This document shows, one piece after another, positions 37,101 through 51,300 of a DNA stretch of 64,000 nt (positions are counted from its first letter, which is position 1; each line of letters begins with the position of its first letter). The stretch is from Macrostomum hystrix (Eukaryota; Animalia; Platyhelminthes). The stretch spans positions 2,232,001 to 2,296,000 of the forward strand of contig CATNEN010000033.1 in assembly GCA_950097015.1 (NCBI GenBank). The letters are read 5' to 3'. The notes under the pieces were generated by a model. The model searched no databases. It had not been told where the DNA came from and worked only from the letters and a program-made list of their open reading frames with translations. The translations under genes and the position numbers were made by a program.

Positions 37101-40100
37101 GAAAGAATAGTCTATGGTAGAATCGTTCAGGGTTCGGTAGGCGAGCGACGAACAACTTGAACTACTACGTAATTTATGATTGGCCAGGTAGTCTGGTAGT
37201 CCATGATTGGCCAGATAGTCTGGTAGTTCATGATTGGCCAGATAGTCTGGTAGTTCATGATTGGCCAGTTAGTCTGGTAGTCATGATTGGCCAGGTAGTC
37301 TGGTAGTTCATGATTGGCCAGGTAGTCTGGTAGTTCATGATTGGCCAGGTAGTCTGGTAGTTCATGATTGGCCAGGTAGTCTGGTAGTTCATGATTGGCC
37401 AGGTAGTCTGGTAGTTCAAAATGCGGCAGGTGGATGGATTTAACGAGCTCGCACAGTTTCCAACCGCCCTGCCCGTGTTACCGCTCGCCTTGCCTGTTTG
37501 CAGTGCACAGCCTTCTACGCGGCAGTTGGATGCGAGAGGGACTAGTAAAAGTTTGCTTTGCAGGAGTGTCAGCCGCCGGCTCAAGTTCGTTGCCTTTCCC
37601 ACAATTTTTTGTGTGCTTTCCCACGATCGACTAGTGTTTCGATCACAGTTTTTTGTTTTTTTTCCTAGAAATTTACTGTTAAATTTCACAGCTGTGGGCT
37701 TTGAATTTCTTTTCTTTTTAAAGCAATATCTGTATTTCTCAAATCTGACTTACACCTGTCTCTGTGCAGATTTACCTATCACTAAGCAGTTGTTTATTAG
37801 AACTAGCTTCATTAAATCAGTTGAAAAGCTTCTGTTGGGTTCACGTGCTGTCAGTTAACAGGTTGACAGGTCAAAAATCTGCGACTGCTAATTTTCAGTT
37901 TTGCACATTTTCATGCCAATCTTACCGCTCCTAAAATGCTTTATGCTTCTACTCATGTTGCGAATATGCTCAAAAGTTCTCAAGAAGTTGTTAGCTGAGC
38001 TGCTTTTTGTTGCCCCGCACCTCCCGTGTTACTAAATGTGCGAGTACGTAGCGCCCGCAGCATCGCAGTTATCAGCTCCGCCATTAAATGCTTCTAGCGA
38101 GCATCGATTGCTGCTGCTGAGCAGCAGGCGGTTGCGTGTTGCTATGGAAGTTCACAAAATCACTCTGCAATTCACTCTGCAGTTCACACAGGTGTCACTC
38201 ATTATACTCTGCAGTTCACACAGGTGTCACTCATTATACTCTGCAGTTCACACAGGTGTCACTCATTATACTCTGCAGTTCAACACACAGGTGTCACTCA
38301 TTATACTCTGCAGTTCACACAGGTGTCACTCATTATACTCTGCAGTTCACACAGGTGTCACTCATTATACTCTGCAGTTCACACAGGTGTCACTCATTAC
38401 ACTCTGCAGTTCACACAGGTGTCACTCATTATACTCTGCAGTTCACACAGGTGTCACTCATTATACTCTGCAGTTCACACAGGTGTCACTCATTATACTC
38501 TGCAGTTCACACAGGTGTCTCTCATTACACTAGGATGTGAACATTGAGCATCGCTTGTGAGCGCGCGTCGGCGGCTTCAGCAAACTCCGCTTTTGAGCCC
38601 GAGCTAGTGAGAAGTAGTTAAGCGTCAAGCAATTATGAGAAGCTAGCTGCTTTGCATTCAACATATCGCCTGCCAGCCACTTTAGTTGCAGTACATGGCG
38701 ATGATAATAATGACACGAGTCCCTCTCATGAGTCCAATATTACTCGCAACTTATTTCTCTAAAAGCCTACTATTTCACATTTTGAAGCTACTAATGAGTA
38801 ATTTTTTTTCCAAAGAACAAGCCAGTCTATTTGAGTAGTCTGTACTCATAACTTTTGTTACTACTGACAACGCTTGGGTAGAAAGTATGTTCGATTAACT
38901 ATTAAATTATATAATTTATCGATAAGCTATGCCTCAGAATAAAGTGAACTCATGTGTGATAGTATGATTGAGTATGCTGAAATATCATCATCAATGAGCT
39001 AAATGCAAAATATAATTTAATATATACTGCCCGCTTACATTGATAAACAGTCATTTTCAATGTTTAACATGCTTCAGTGAATTAATGTGCGTAATCGGCT
39101 TTTTATTAATTTTATCCGAGCCAAAACAGTTTAGGCGCAGGCAGCGCAAGCCGCAGTAGGTGCAGTGTGTGCAGCATTCCTGCTTGACTGCAAATTGAAA
39201 TTGTAATGAGCCTAACTCTTGTGCCCTCCCGCTCCTGCTTTGACTGCGCGTCAAACATTTTAGACCGACTCCAGGACACACTCGAGGGCATCAAGAGCGA
39301 GGTCAGTTTGGTCTTCACGTTTTCGCATTCCTGTGTAAATCTGTGTCACTGACACTCCACTGTCACTCCACTGCCTTCTGTCACTCCACTGCCTTCTGTC
39401 ACTCCACTGCCTTCTGTCACTCCACTACCTTCTGTCACTCCACTGCCTTCTGTCACTCCACTGCCTTCTGTCACTCCACTGCCTTCTGTCACTCCCCTAC
39501 CTTCTGTCACTCCACTGCCTTCTGTCACTCCACTACCTTCTGTCACTCCACTGCCTTCTGTCACTCCACTACCTTCTGTCACTCCACTGCCTTCTGTCAC
39601 TCCACTACCTTCTGTCACTCCACTGCCTTCTGTCACTCCACTGCCTTCTGTCACTCCACTGCCTTCTGTCACTCCCCTACCTCCTCTGTCACCCCTCTGC
39701 CTCCTCTGTCACTCCACTGCCTCCTCTGTCACTTGCCTGCCTCCTCTGTCACCCCACTGCTTCCTCTGTCACTCCACTGCCTCCTCTGGCACTCCCCTGC
39801 CTCCTGTGGCACTCCACTGCCTCCTCTGGCACTCCCCTGCCTCCTGTGGCACTCCACTGCCTCCTCTATCACTCACCTGCCTCCTGTGGCACTCCCCTGC
39901 CTCCTCTGTCACTCCAGTGCCTCCTGTCACTCCCCTGCCTCCTATGTCACTCCAAGCCCATTTTCCACCCTATGCATCGCGCAGTACGTTACAAAGTGGC
40001 TCAACGAAGTGTACCGGCTGCACCTGGAGATCGTTCTATCTGTACTTTTACCGCATCCACCGGACTATGCCAGGGTTGGCGGCTACTGGTGAGTGCCTTT

Positions 40101-43100
40101 TTGAGAGCATAGCCTGTACTTTTTAGTTTTTAGCGGCCATGTTGGTTCTGACCACCGCGGCTCACCGGACGCCACTGCCCCCTCCCCAGGAACCTGTCCA
40201 GCAGTCGCACCGACATCATCCAGGAGGGCCTTGGCCGCATCCTCAGCCTTGTCCAGTACGACTGCATCATCACATTCGATGTGTGGAACTACACGATGCC
40301 ATTCTGGCTGGAAGCCATTCGCACTGAGGTACCGCTCGAGGAGCTGCCGAGGCTGAGCATGGTGATGCGGAAGCTGTACGACCTGCACAGTGGCCCGTTT
40401 CCCTGCATGGCCTCCAAGCTGTTCAACTTTGCTGCTGAGCGCTTCGACCAGACCACAGTGGCCGTGCAGGACCAGGTGAGCAGCTGGCCTGGGGTTCCGA
40501 ACTCAAGAAACTTTCGTAATGTAAAGGGAAAATCGTAGAACAGAAAACAGTAAAACTGAAAGTATTTTTTAAAGTCCCATTTAAAATCGCTTATTGAAAA
40601 ATCCCATTCAAGATCCAATTCCATTCCATTCCATGCCATTTCATTCCATTTTATTCCCTTTTATTCAATTCTATTCCTTTCCATTCCATTCCATTCTATT
40701 CCGTTCGATTTCAATCCATTCCGTTCGATTTCAATCATTTCCGTTCCATTCCATTCCATTCCATTCCATTCCATTCCATTCCATTCCATTCCATTCCATT
40801 CCATTCCATCTCCGCAGGTGCTGTCTTGGCTGCGCATCTTGACCGACCTGCGCGTGCCAATCCAAATCCTGGAGCTGCTGCCGATGTTTCGCAAGGGCGT
40901 CGAGTCGCTGTTGAACCCGGCAGCCGCTGCCGCCGCGGCCGCTGCAGCCGCCGCCGAATTCGACGATGATCACGAAGCGCACGTCCGGCCGGACGAGGCG
41001 TCGACAGCGGCCGGCGGCAGCTCCAGCAGTCAGGCTTCGGCGCCATTTGCTGGCGCCACGGGCGGCGCTGGCTGCAGCGCCACCGCCGCAGCGTCGAGCG
41101 CCGGCTACCGAGCCCTGCCCTGCTACATCGAGATGCTGCGCATCAGCCTGCAGCACCTGGTTGAGGAGCGCGACCTTCCCACCGTGCTGGAGTGCCCACC
41201 GTCACGCGGCTGGGATCTCAACAATGAGACCTCCAAGCAACTGATGGGGCTACTGCTGTTGATGCTGAGTGCTGCCTGGGATGGCAGGCACAGCTGTCGC
41301 AACGATTCGGCCGCTGTTGATTGCCAATTCTGTCGCGAGTGCCGCCTGTGGCATCAGTACGCAGCCTGCGTGCTGAAATTCATTGCGCCCGCCAAGCCTA
41401 AGCGCCTGCCTGTGAAGGACTTGCCAGAGGTTGCGCCCGCGCAGCCAGCGGCACCGCCGACATCAGCAGCTCAGTCTGACGATCGCCGGGCCTCGAAGAC
41501 TTCCCAATCGCAGCTGCCATCGGACAGCATTGATGTCATAGCCGCTTCTGCGTCCGCATCTGCGCCTGGACCATCTGGCATAGCAGCCGCCTCCCTGGCT
41601 TCGACATCCGGGGCTTCGACTTCTGCGGCTTCAATCTCAGGCAGCCGTGGTGGGGGAGCTGCTGCTCCGCCTAGCTGGGAGGCCTACCCAATGGACGAAA
41701 ACTGCCTGCCTGAGGAGGACGAGACCAAGGCAGACGAGGAGCCGACGGAGGACCAGCAGCAGGAGCCGGTGTTCGCCGATGCCCACTTGCCGGTGCACCT
41801 GCGTCTGGTGCGGGCTCTGCTCAAGGTGAGCATCGTTGGCTCATACAAAATAATGTTATTACGTATTTAAAAGTAGTGTTTCACCTTTGAGCAATAAAGA
41901 ATCTTGACTGATCGCATCCTAACCTCGAAGGAGTTGGAGTCTCAGACTGACATGGAGGTCACTCTGAGCATTCTGTCATCGCTGAGCTACCTATGCCTCC
42001 ATTGTCACGCGATTTACAAAGCGCAGGAAGACAACAAAGAATTTGTACAATTTGTGCTCAAATATCAGTTCATACCTACGTGAGTACCGTTTCAGACTCG
42101 GTGTAACAGTTCTATTCAAGAAGCAAAATTATCTCTCCCGATCTCCGCGCTTGTCCAGGCTGTGGAAGCTGTTGAAGGCGGAGAACTCCGCGCTGGCTGG
42201 CGGCCTGGTGTCGCTGCTGTTGCACTGCCTTGCGCTGCACTCGGGCGCTGAGGTGTTCTGGTCCATCCTGGAGCGAGAGTTCACTAGCGAAAGCTGGCGC
42301 ACCCGATTCGATGCGGTTGAGAAGGTGAAAATGGGAGGGCGTAAAACGACTTTTTGAGTCTTTCAGATTCCTAGAATGCGGAAAGTTTACTGTCCATGAA
42401 CATTGTTGCCATATTCAGGTGACGGTAATCTGTCGCGAGATGTCCCCAGAGTGCCTGAAGGCCTCCTACGTTGTGATGACCTCTCTGGCCCACGCGTTCA
42501 GCAACCTGATTGGCTCGCTGGACGATATTAACACGGCTGTTGCTCAGCGGGCCCAACTCTACCTGGAGACTGTGAAGCAGAGCTCGCTGCGCTGCATGAT
42601 CCAGTGCCTGGAGGCTCAGTTCGACTCGGTGATTAACGACCGCACCCTCATACTGCAGCGCATCTACCAGCTCAGCTGCGCGCTCAAAGACGCCCCAGTT
42701 CTCACCTGGGACTTTTTCATGGCCCGCTTCGACGCTCTGTCGTTGGAGGCCCAGCTGGATCTGGAGAGTCGAGGCGACATCGCCTGCGCCACGGGTGAGA
42801 GGGCGCTCGGAGACATGGGGGCGGACTGAGCAAGGTGTGATCAGCTGTGAGATATCTGAGACCTGTTAGTAATGATCGCAAGTGTCTCTCACTGGGCCTT
42901 GTGATAGCTCTGTACACAATAATCACGGCTCAGGGACGGCTCAGGCATCCGTGGATGCCGGCTCAGGGACTTTAGAGTTTGTGTTGATGCATTGGAGGGG
43001 CCTGCCCCACCCGCAGACATCTCTGGCAACAGCAATCGCGACTCGGAGGCCTTCATGCGCAAGTACAACCGGGCCAGATTTGCCGTCGCCCGCACCGACA

Positions 43101-46100
43101 GCGTCCGGTCCGTCAGCTCGTCGGCCTTTGTGAAGCCGCCCTATCGCAGGGCCTGCTCAGTGCCAATGCACCTTCTGAGCAGGCCTGGCAAAGCTACGGC
43201 TGCTGGACACAAAGGTCAGTTGGCTCAGGTGATGGGGAGGAGATTCTGGACCCGGTCGCGGGTGCTAAGCTCTTTTTGGTGGTGGCGGCAGCGCTCTGTA
43301 ACTATTGTGCTGTCTAGCAATGATGTGAAACCGCCTTGCGCAAGCAGTATGTGGTGCTAGACGGAGTCTTTCGTTACTATAACTATCTTTCTGTTTATTG
43401 TGTCTGTGTAAGGGTCTTGTTTGGCAAGGATTCCGGGTGAAATCTTTGTCTCAATCATAAATTTATTGATTTCATTTTTACGTGATAGATTCAGTTTACA
43501 AGTAATTACTAAATGGTATGTGTACCATCGGTTTCTACATATACGTCTCAGTGTTATAATCTCTTCATGTACTAACTGTAAAACTACCTGTAAACTGGCA
43601 GTTCGCAGAGGACATTGTCCCTGGTTTTCGTTCGTATTTAGTGTTTTTGTTTTCTTTCGCGTTCAGCAGCAGTTTATTTGAGCGGCATCGGCGCAATGCC
43701 AGTTCGGCGTCCTACACTCCGTCACTCTCATCCTTCTACCTCTTTTCTTTGTTTCGAAGTAAATCATTAATTACAATTTTTCATTATCCCCAAAATTTGC
43801 TATTTTGCCTCGCGCTCGAATCAGATGAAGACGTCGAAGAGGATGAACAGCAGCAGGAGCAGCAGCAGCAGCAGCAGCTGTTGATGTCCTTAGTGGACGA
43901 GGCTGCGGCTGCGGCGGCAGCGGCTGCAGCCGGCTGTGTGTCGCAGCCTCCGCCAGCCATAATGCGCCGCTGCTTCACAGCCAGCCACCTAAGGCCGCCC
44001 TGTAAAGCACAAGTGTTATCTCATTTATTATACATTATTTTTAGTCTCACTGAGTTTCACTGATCAAATGGTTTCTGGAGAACATCCTTGAGATCATAAT
44101 TCTTTAGCTTGGAGAAATTCAAAATTACTGGATTAGTCTAAAACAGTTAACAATAGAAAGACCCAAACCGAATGACCGATTTTCGTGAAAGTCCACCATA
44201 TGGACCACATATATCCGACCTTTATTACGATAAACTATATAATCAATAAAATATAATAATAAAAAATTGCCGACAAGGTTACAAAGTGAGATTTTGTGAG
44301 CAGAATAATTATCCTTATGTTAGGGGATTTTGCCACCAGAAACGCGAACGCAAAGACATGAACATTTAATTTAGTCCATGGAGGGGGATTGAAAACTTCA
44401 CGTTTAATTACAGTAAGTTTGCGCCAGCATAAAAGGTGTCGAACTCAGTGAACTAACATGGGTTATTGTTAAACGCACTCCCGAATAAGGTAGGCTGGTG
44501 GCCCGCCATCTCGCTTTCTCACACATTCTACTGCCAGTCTGTAGGATATTTCGCTGCACAATAACTTGCTGCACAGCACGCACTTGGCAACCCGGCGCGC
44601 CATTCAAACATTTGAAAATCACGAGTGCTTTGAGTCCCCGGGCATCGCTGTGCTGCACTTGCAGTGTGACAGTTGTTTTCTACACCTCCCGGCGGATCAC
44701 GTCTGTCTCCAAGCTATCTTCTTTTCTAGCTATCCTAATTAGATCAGCTTCTGGGTCTATCTGAACAGCACGATTTCAAACTGCTTAGCAATTTAAGCTG
44801 TTGCTGTGTGTGTGTTGCGGCTGTGTGCCTCTCTATGTACCAATGTTGTGCCCAGGTAACTTCAGTGACTGCGTCACCCGATTGTCGAGACCGTGTCCAG
44901 TGCAAATCAAGTCAAATGGTTTCTTTTTATAATTTAACTTAATGAATATATATGCTATTGTAGCTCAAAGTAATTTTTTCACGCATTTTATCCAACTGCA
45001 AAATGAAATAACAAAGCAACTTGTTTCATACCTGAATACCATTACCATTGTTTCATTAAATTTAAATGCTAACTTAGCTGGTGCACTGGGTAGCCGATTA
45101 AAATGCTACTAATTAACTCACACGATGGTAAGGAGCTGATATTGGGTCACGGAATCGAACCCTAGATAATAAGTGAACTACTCTTGCTTCCCTGCTCGCG
45201 AATGCAGACTCAATCCAGACAAAGCAGCTGCTTCTGCCGCTTTGGCCACACGTGTGTAAGTCCCCGTGTCGCATTTTGCATGGCTTCTGCAATTAATTAT
45301 ATTTGGCTCGCATGGCCGTTTTACATAGCAATGACCAGCCAGATTTTCGTCACGTACAGAAACGGACGAAAGTGGTTGGCTGCAGACTCGTTTACAACTC
45401 GTGTTGCATTGCGTTATTAAAATATGTTTTTTGGTTGTCACTCGGTTTCATCTTTCATCTTATTAGTGCTCATGTACTTAAAAACGACTGGGCTTTTATT
45501 TGTTTCTTTGGTTAATTTAGTTTTTCATAGATTTAATTTTTATTACCTTGACTATATAATACGCGCAGTTTGTAAGGAAGTATTTATAAATTTTAAAGTA
45601 GCCGATGAAGTGTGGGGCGGTGAACCGACTAATGAAAGCCGTCTGTGTCGCATGATTGTCGTAAAACGGAGAAGTCTCTAAATACGAGTAAGTTTTCTGT
45701 TTGTGATGACAAACCAAAGCCAGCAATTGGGTGTTAGCTAGTGTTCGGCTAGAAATTCTCACCGCTTTTTTTCACTGGAGACTAGTCTAGACTAGACTAG
45801 ACGTCGGATATTTTCATTTAGCGCGAAAAACGAACACTTAAGTACCCCCACCGGATTTCCTGCAACTGCGCGTTAAACCGAAAATGAATTAACCAACCCC
45901 TTTCCTACAATACTCATCAGTTCCGAATCTGTCAGACTATCTTTATTGGCAAGTAATCGATTTTCGAAGGGTTGTGTTTGTGAAATTGCGTAGCGTTGAT
46001 CCCGTGGCTAAATAATGTTGACCTTTGCTGACATAGTGAGTTCTACGCTGTGCTAGCTAGGTGCCTTGTACATACAAGGCCAGGTTAGGAATAAATGGCA

Positions 46101-48353
46101 TTTGAGGCGTCTACTCTAGTCTTTCATTGCTAAATCACTCACATTAACTAAGCGAAGCTATTCGAGTACGTAAATTTTTACACAGGAAAAGTTAAGCTTG
46201 TTTACGCCCGTACTTTTACGGGCCGTCCACTAAAAGTACTCGGCTAGCCGTCCACTAAAAGTACTCGGCTAGCAGTCCACTAAAAGTACTCGGCTAGCCG
46301 TCCACTAAAAGTACTCGGCTAGCCGTCCACTAAAAGTACTCGGCTAGCTGTCCACTAAAAGTACTCGGCTAGCTGTCCACTAAAAGTACTCGGCTAGCCG
46401 TCCACTAAAAGTAATCAACTAGTTTACTCTTAGCTATTCAGGAATTCGATATGTACGTTTTCGGAAGGAGTCCGAAATTTAGCCATTGGTAAGGGGCTCG
46501 TGCACCAAGCTAGCGCGCGTGTGCATGCTAAGCTGATTGCTAATCAAATGAAAGCGGAATTAATTCGAATTTCGAGTTACCTCGGCCCGATCAGTCGCGC
46601 GCAAGTTGCTCTTTCTTATCTTGATGCAGGGCGCCAGTCCCTTCCTTCTTTCTGTCACGCGAAGTAGATGATGAATTTACACAGCCTATTCTATGACATA
46701 GCTCGAGCTCTTTACATTTCAGTTCTACTGATTCAGTTTTCTCTTCATCATGAGATAGAATTGCCTATTGTAGCCATTCACTGCCGTGCTCTGGTTTATC
46801 CTGACACGCTCGTAGCCTGACGCCGAATTCGATAATCTGTCTAGAAACCTAGACTTTTAGTCGCCCTTTGTTCGGACCCGAACCTTGACAGCGCAGCTGC
46901 GGCCTATATAAATAAATAAGTACTTTTTAGTATTGGGCTGCCCGGATAGCACTGTGTGATGCAATCCACCCTGCAAATCGACAGTTGTATGAAGCATTAT
47001 AGCAGTGTTTTGACACAAAACCATTTTATAGTGTAATATATAGCCATAAGTCGCTGGGTGACTTTGTTAGCCCTGGTGGCTGGAAATAGGATATTGGTTT
47101 CTCATTAAAACAAATACTTCATTGGATTTGTACTTGAAATAGATTGATCGATATCTAGTTGAAATTGTTGCGGAATATATGTGGAGCCGATTGCATGATA
47201 ACTTGTATATTACAGTACAACGTGACATAACTAGATCTAATTGTTGCTTGTTTTTCTTATGAAGTCGGTATAATTTGAGTACTTGCAATATTCGCATTAA
47301 GTTTGTAACTTTGGTATTTAAGCTGGCTGAGATTTAGGCCTGCGGTTATTTCATATTTCAGTGTTTTTAGTTACGCTTCTAAATAACTGGCTTCTCTAAT
47401 TTTGCAACTTTTATTTCCCAATTAAAACATGTCGGACTTTGTGTAGCAGGTACGCCTGTTTCAGTGTCTGTTTGATTTTTTTCTCTGAGAATTCTTTCTA
47501 ACATTTTAAGTGGCTTTCATCAGATTAAGTTCCTATTTTACTAAAGCTTTACTCCGCTTTTAAGTGTTGCTTTACAGCTGTGGTACATTTGTTTAGCAGA
47601 AGAATGCCTCCTGCAGCTGCATCTCTTTCTTCATCTCTCCTTCATACGAGATTACATATTACTCGTAGTAGTGCATTTACTAAGCGCATTTCTCTGAATT
47701 TTAAACGACTTTCTTTGTAAACTTTAATATAATATATTAATTACTAGATAATATTAATACTAGTCTGTTGGTACATTCCTAGTACTGTTTAGTTACTTAG
47801 GTATTTCATAAATTTATTTATCATGCTTAGATATCCCTTTTAATTGTCGCATTTATAATTATGCAGCAGTATATTGTTTATACGAGCGAAATCTACGTAC
47901 AGACATTTATCACTGTGTATTTAGTGCGTACACCACAGCATACTTTAAATGCTGGGTGCCAAATGAGCTCCTGCGATCTCCCTGTAGTTTGCATAAGCTG
48001 CTTGAAGACCAGCTTGATGGCTCGAATAACTTTCGCTCAGATACTGAAAAGCAAACCGCATTTTCTTGCTCAATAGGTATTTATGATACTCGTAAACATG
48101 CCAGCATTGAATGAAATCAGCAGTTTCCAGAGTAATCGATGGTCTCTTGTAAGCGCGAGCTCGTGTCGCCCACTCGATAATAATCCTAAGAATAGTGGCT
48201 GATTGTGCAATCGATGAATTATCTCCCCATAGTGTCCTGGTCCATTGGTGTGGCCATCAACCCAGCTGAACTCATGCACTGGGATCTGCCAGTGCGTAGC
48301 CGTCTTAGCCGTCAAATGCCACTCTTGGCCTACAACCGCCTGCTACTTGCCGC

Positions 48354-48399
<46 letters not shown>

Positions 48400-51300
48400 C
48401 CGAATTCGTGCGACTTACCAAGCGTCGATGCAGGAGGTTCTTAGCCCCAGCTCCTTTGAATATTGCCTATTGCAGCCTATGGCCTGAATTCCCACTCTCT
48501 ATTATTCGATTTGCACGCAATGGGGTGGCACGCCAGGAATGACAAAGTGTACTTTACGCATTTTCGTTCGGCATTTGAATATTCTATTATTTGAACGGAC
48601 CAGCCATGCAACCAACCCAACAGTCCCCGAATTAACATTAACTCGGGAATTGTGTTTATGCATTTTCCCTGAGATTATTAGCTTCAAACTGAGAATTAAC
48701 TAACTCCGAATTCGGTTCTCATATTATCGAATTCTTTTTTTTTAGTTTTTGCAGTGACATTCCTTTCAAAATTTACCAGTTGCCAATCTGTTTGCCAGCA
48801 GAAAAACTCCCAGTTTGAAGTGCAAACCCCCGAACATTGTGCCTGACATGGCTTAGCTGCATCGCATATTTATAATTTTATTTTCTTATTTCCTGACATA
48901 CCGAGATTGGATACGTATTGTAGACCTATGACTGGCAGTTCAGGCTCATCTTGTGCTCACTTCAACTTGAGCTCTCCCGGCTCCTGCTAGGCTGCCTTGG
49001 GCTGCCGAGCCGTAGAACTCATTCTCTCTCTCTGTGCTCAGCTCCTGCTCCCAAATTCTCTTCCCTTCTCCCCCTAGTTCCTCCTCAGCCCAACCGGTTT
49101 CTGCTTTCGGCCTCGCTAACCAAGCCTACTCCTCAAATCCTCACGATCGGACCCGTTGCCTCCGGGCAAACGAGGACGCGGGAGCTACCGAGCGAAGGGA
49201 CAATGTACTTTTATCCCGCCATCCTAAAACTCCTTTTTCCTCATCGGTTCTGCAAGGGAAATTATCCTAGCCATTTTCCTACTTCACTAATCGAGTAGTA
49301 AACTATGCAAATCTGTGATTTTCTGTTTAGAGATCTAAAAATGCAATATAACGAAAATCATTTAGGTTAAGCTGTGAACTTTAGCATAAAAACTGAGTCT
49401 CGTAAATGCACAAAAATATGCTCGTAAGTTTTATCGATACAAATTAGCATGTAAAAGATTATCTTATAGAAATTAAGAGCTATCCTACAATGAATTAGTT
49501 TTCATTGATCTTCATTGAGCTTAGCGCATCATCCCGTAAGTTAGTGCCGACAAAAGGCATAATGACCAATGGACCTCGTCCAACTAACCCACCCCAGATT
49601 CTAATCAACTGTCAACCAACCACCCGCCCACCCTTCAAACATCCGCGCCCGCCGCTGGCAGACGTGCCCAAGGACAAGCAGTACACCAGGCAGGCCTCGG
49701 CCCCGCTATTCTCCGTTGGCCGGCGAAAATCCAAGAACGCCTTGGGCGCCATCAGCAGCTTTGTCATGTCCGGTGAGTCGGCTTGCTTACACCTTTATGG
49801 AACTCGAATACTGCAGTGTCACAGTGTGTCTCATTGTATCCCAGTGTCCACCCCACACTCACTTCATAATCATATTTAATTTGACCACAACTAATACTTA
49901 TTTTACATAGTTTTTTAGCATTGTTTCTCAAGTTTTTAGTAATAAAAATCAGTGCTATAAGGCGGCTGTGATGCTTTTAGATATGAGTTTCGCCAACATT
50001 AATTCCTAACTACTAAAAGTACATGTGAACTAACCGCCATCACTGCCACCGTCAGAGCCTAGCAGGTCTCACAGTTCCACTAAGCAGCCTGGTAATTTGA
50101 TCTGATGCGAATTAAGGAGATCTATAGCCAGCAGTCCGATTTGTTTCATCTCGTATCTTGCCGCGCCTTGGCAACAAGTGAAAGCAAAACTAGTGTTTCT
50201 ATTTCTATGAACTATTCTGAATTATACTAAGCTGAAAATGCAGTAACTGCTATGCGAGCTTTCTTTTTCACGAAGCATTTGTTGAATATACAAATGATCT
50301 ATCATATTTTTGTTTGCCTTCTCGCATTCCGTTGTTGCTCATCTCATTAAACGTCAGTTCTCTGTCTATGATTTTCTTTCGCAAAATGTAAGTCAGATAG
50401 GCACGTACCAATGTCTCCAATAAAACTTTCTAGTTTTACAGAGAAATGATAATAAAACGGCCCAAATAAGGACAACACAAAAAGTCTCTGCCCCAGTTGG
50501 ATAAAACAGCCCTAAAACTGTACTAAGGGGCCGCACTAAAAGGCAGATTAGGCGATGTGTCTCTTCTGTATGTGTGATGAAGTAAAGCAATGACATGTTA
50601 TTGACTCTGCATCAGCTATTAATATTAGGCGATGTGTCTCTTCTGTATGTGTGATGAAGTAAAGCAATGACATGTTATTGACTCTGCATCAGCTATTAAT
50701 ATTAGGCGATGTGTCTCTTCTGTATGTGTGATGAAGTAAAGCAATGACATGTTATTGACTCTGCATCAGCTATTAATATTAGGCCCAAGAAAAAATCTAA
50801 ACTGCGCAGCGCTTAACTGATTTTCGCTGCGACTCTGGTGCGCGAGTGTCTGAACTCAAAATGTACTTTTGTGTTAGTGCATGTGTACTGTTGCGTAATT
50901 TAGATGCACTAGTAGAAGTACATTATACTAGTGCACACTTATTGCGTCACAGTAACAGTAAGCATTGGTAATCTTGACTGCAGTCTATTCTACCAATATA
51001 TTGTACTTCCCAGTCCCATCAGAAATATCATTCGTTTTAGCACTGCCTTTGAAGTTTCCGTTTTCTACGTCTTCGATTCTATAGTTGATCTTTAAATTTT
51101 CTTAGTTTTAAACACTGCCTAGACTGCTCATTATTTCATATTTTTCTTATTCACTTAATCTATAAAACTCCACTCAAGCACTGAATCTAATACTCACGTG
51201 AATCTGCAGCTATAAACAACAGGTGATATTCTTGACTAGCTGGTGACACCCCTGTTGAACAGGTGACACCCCTGTTAAACAGGTGACACCCCTGTTGAAC

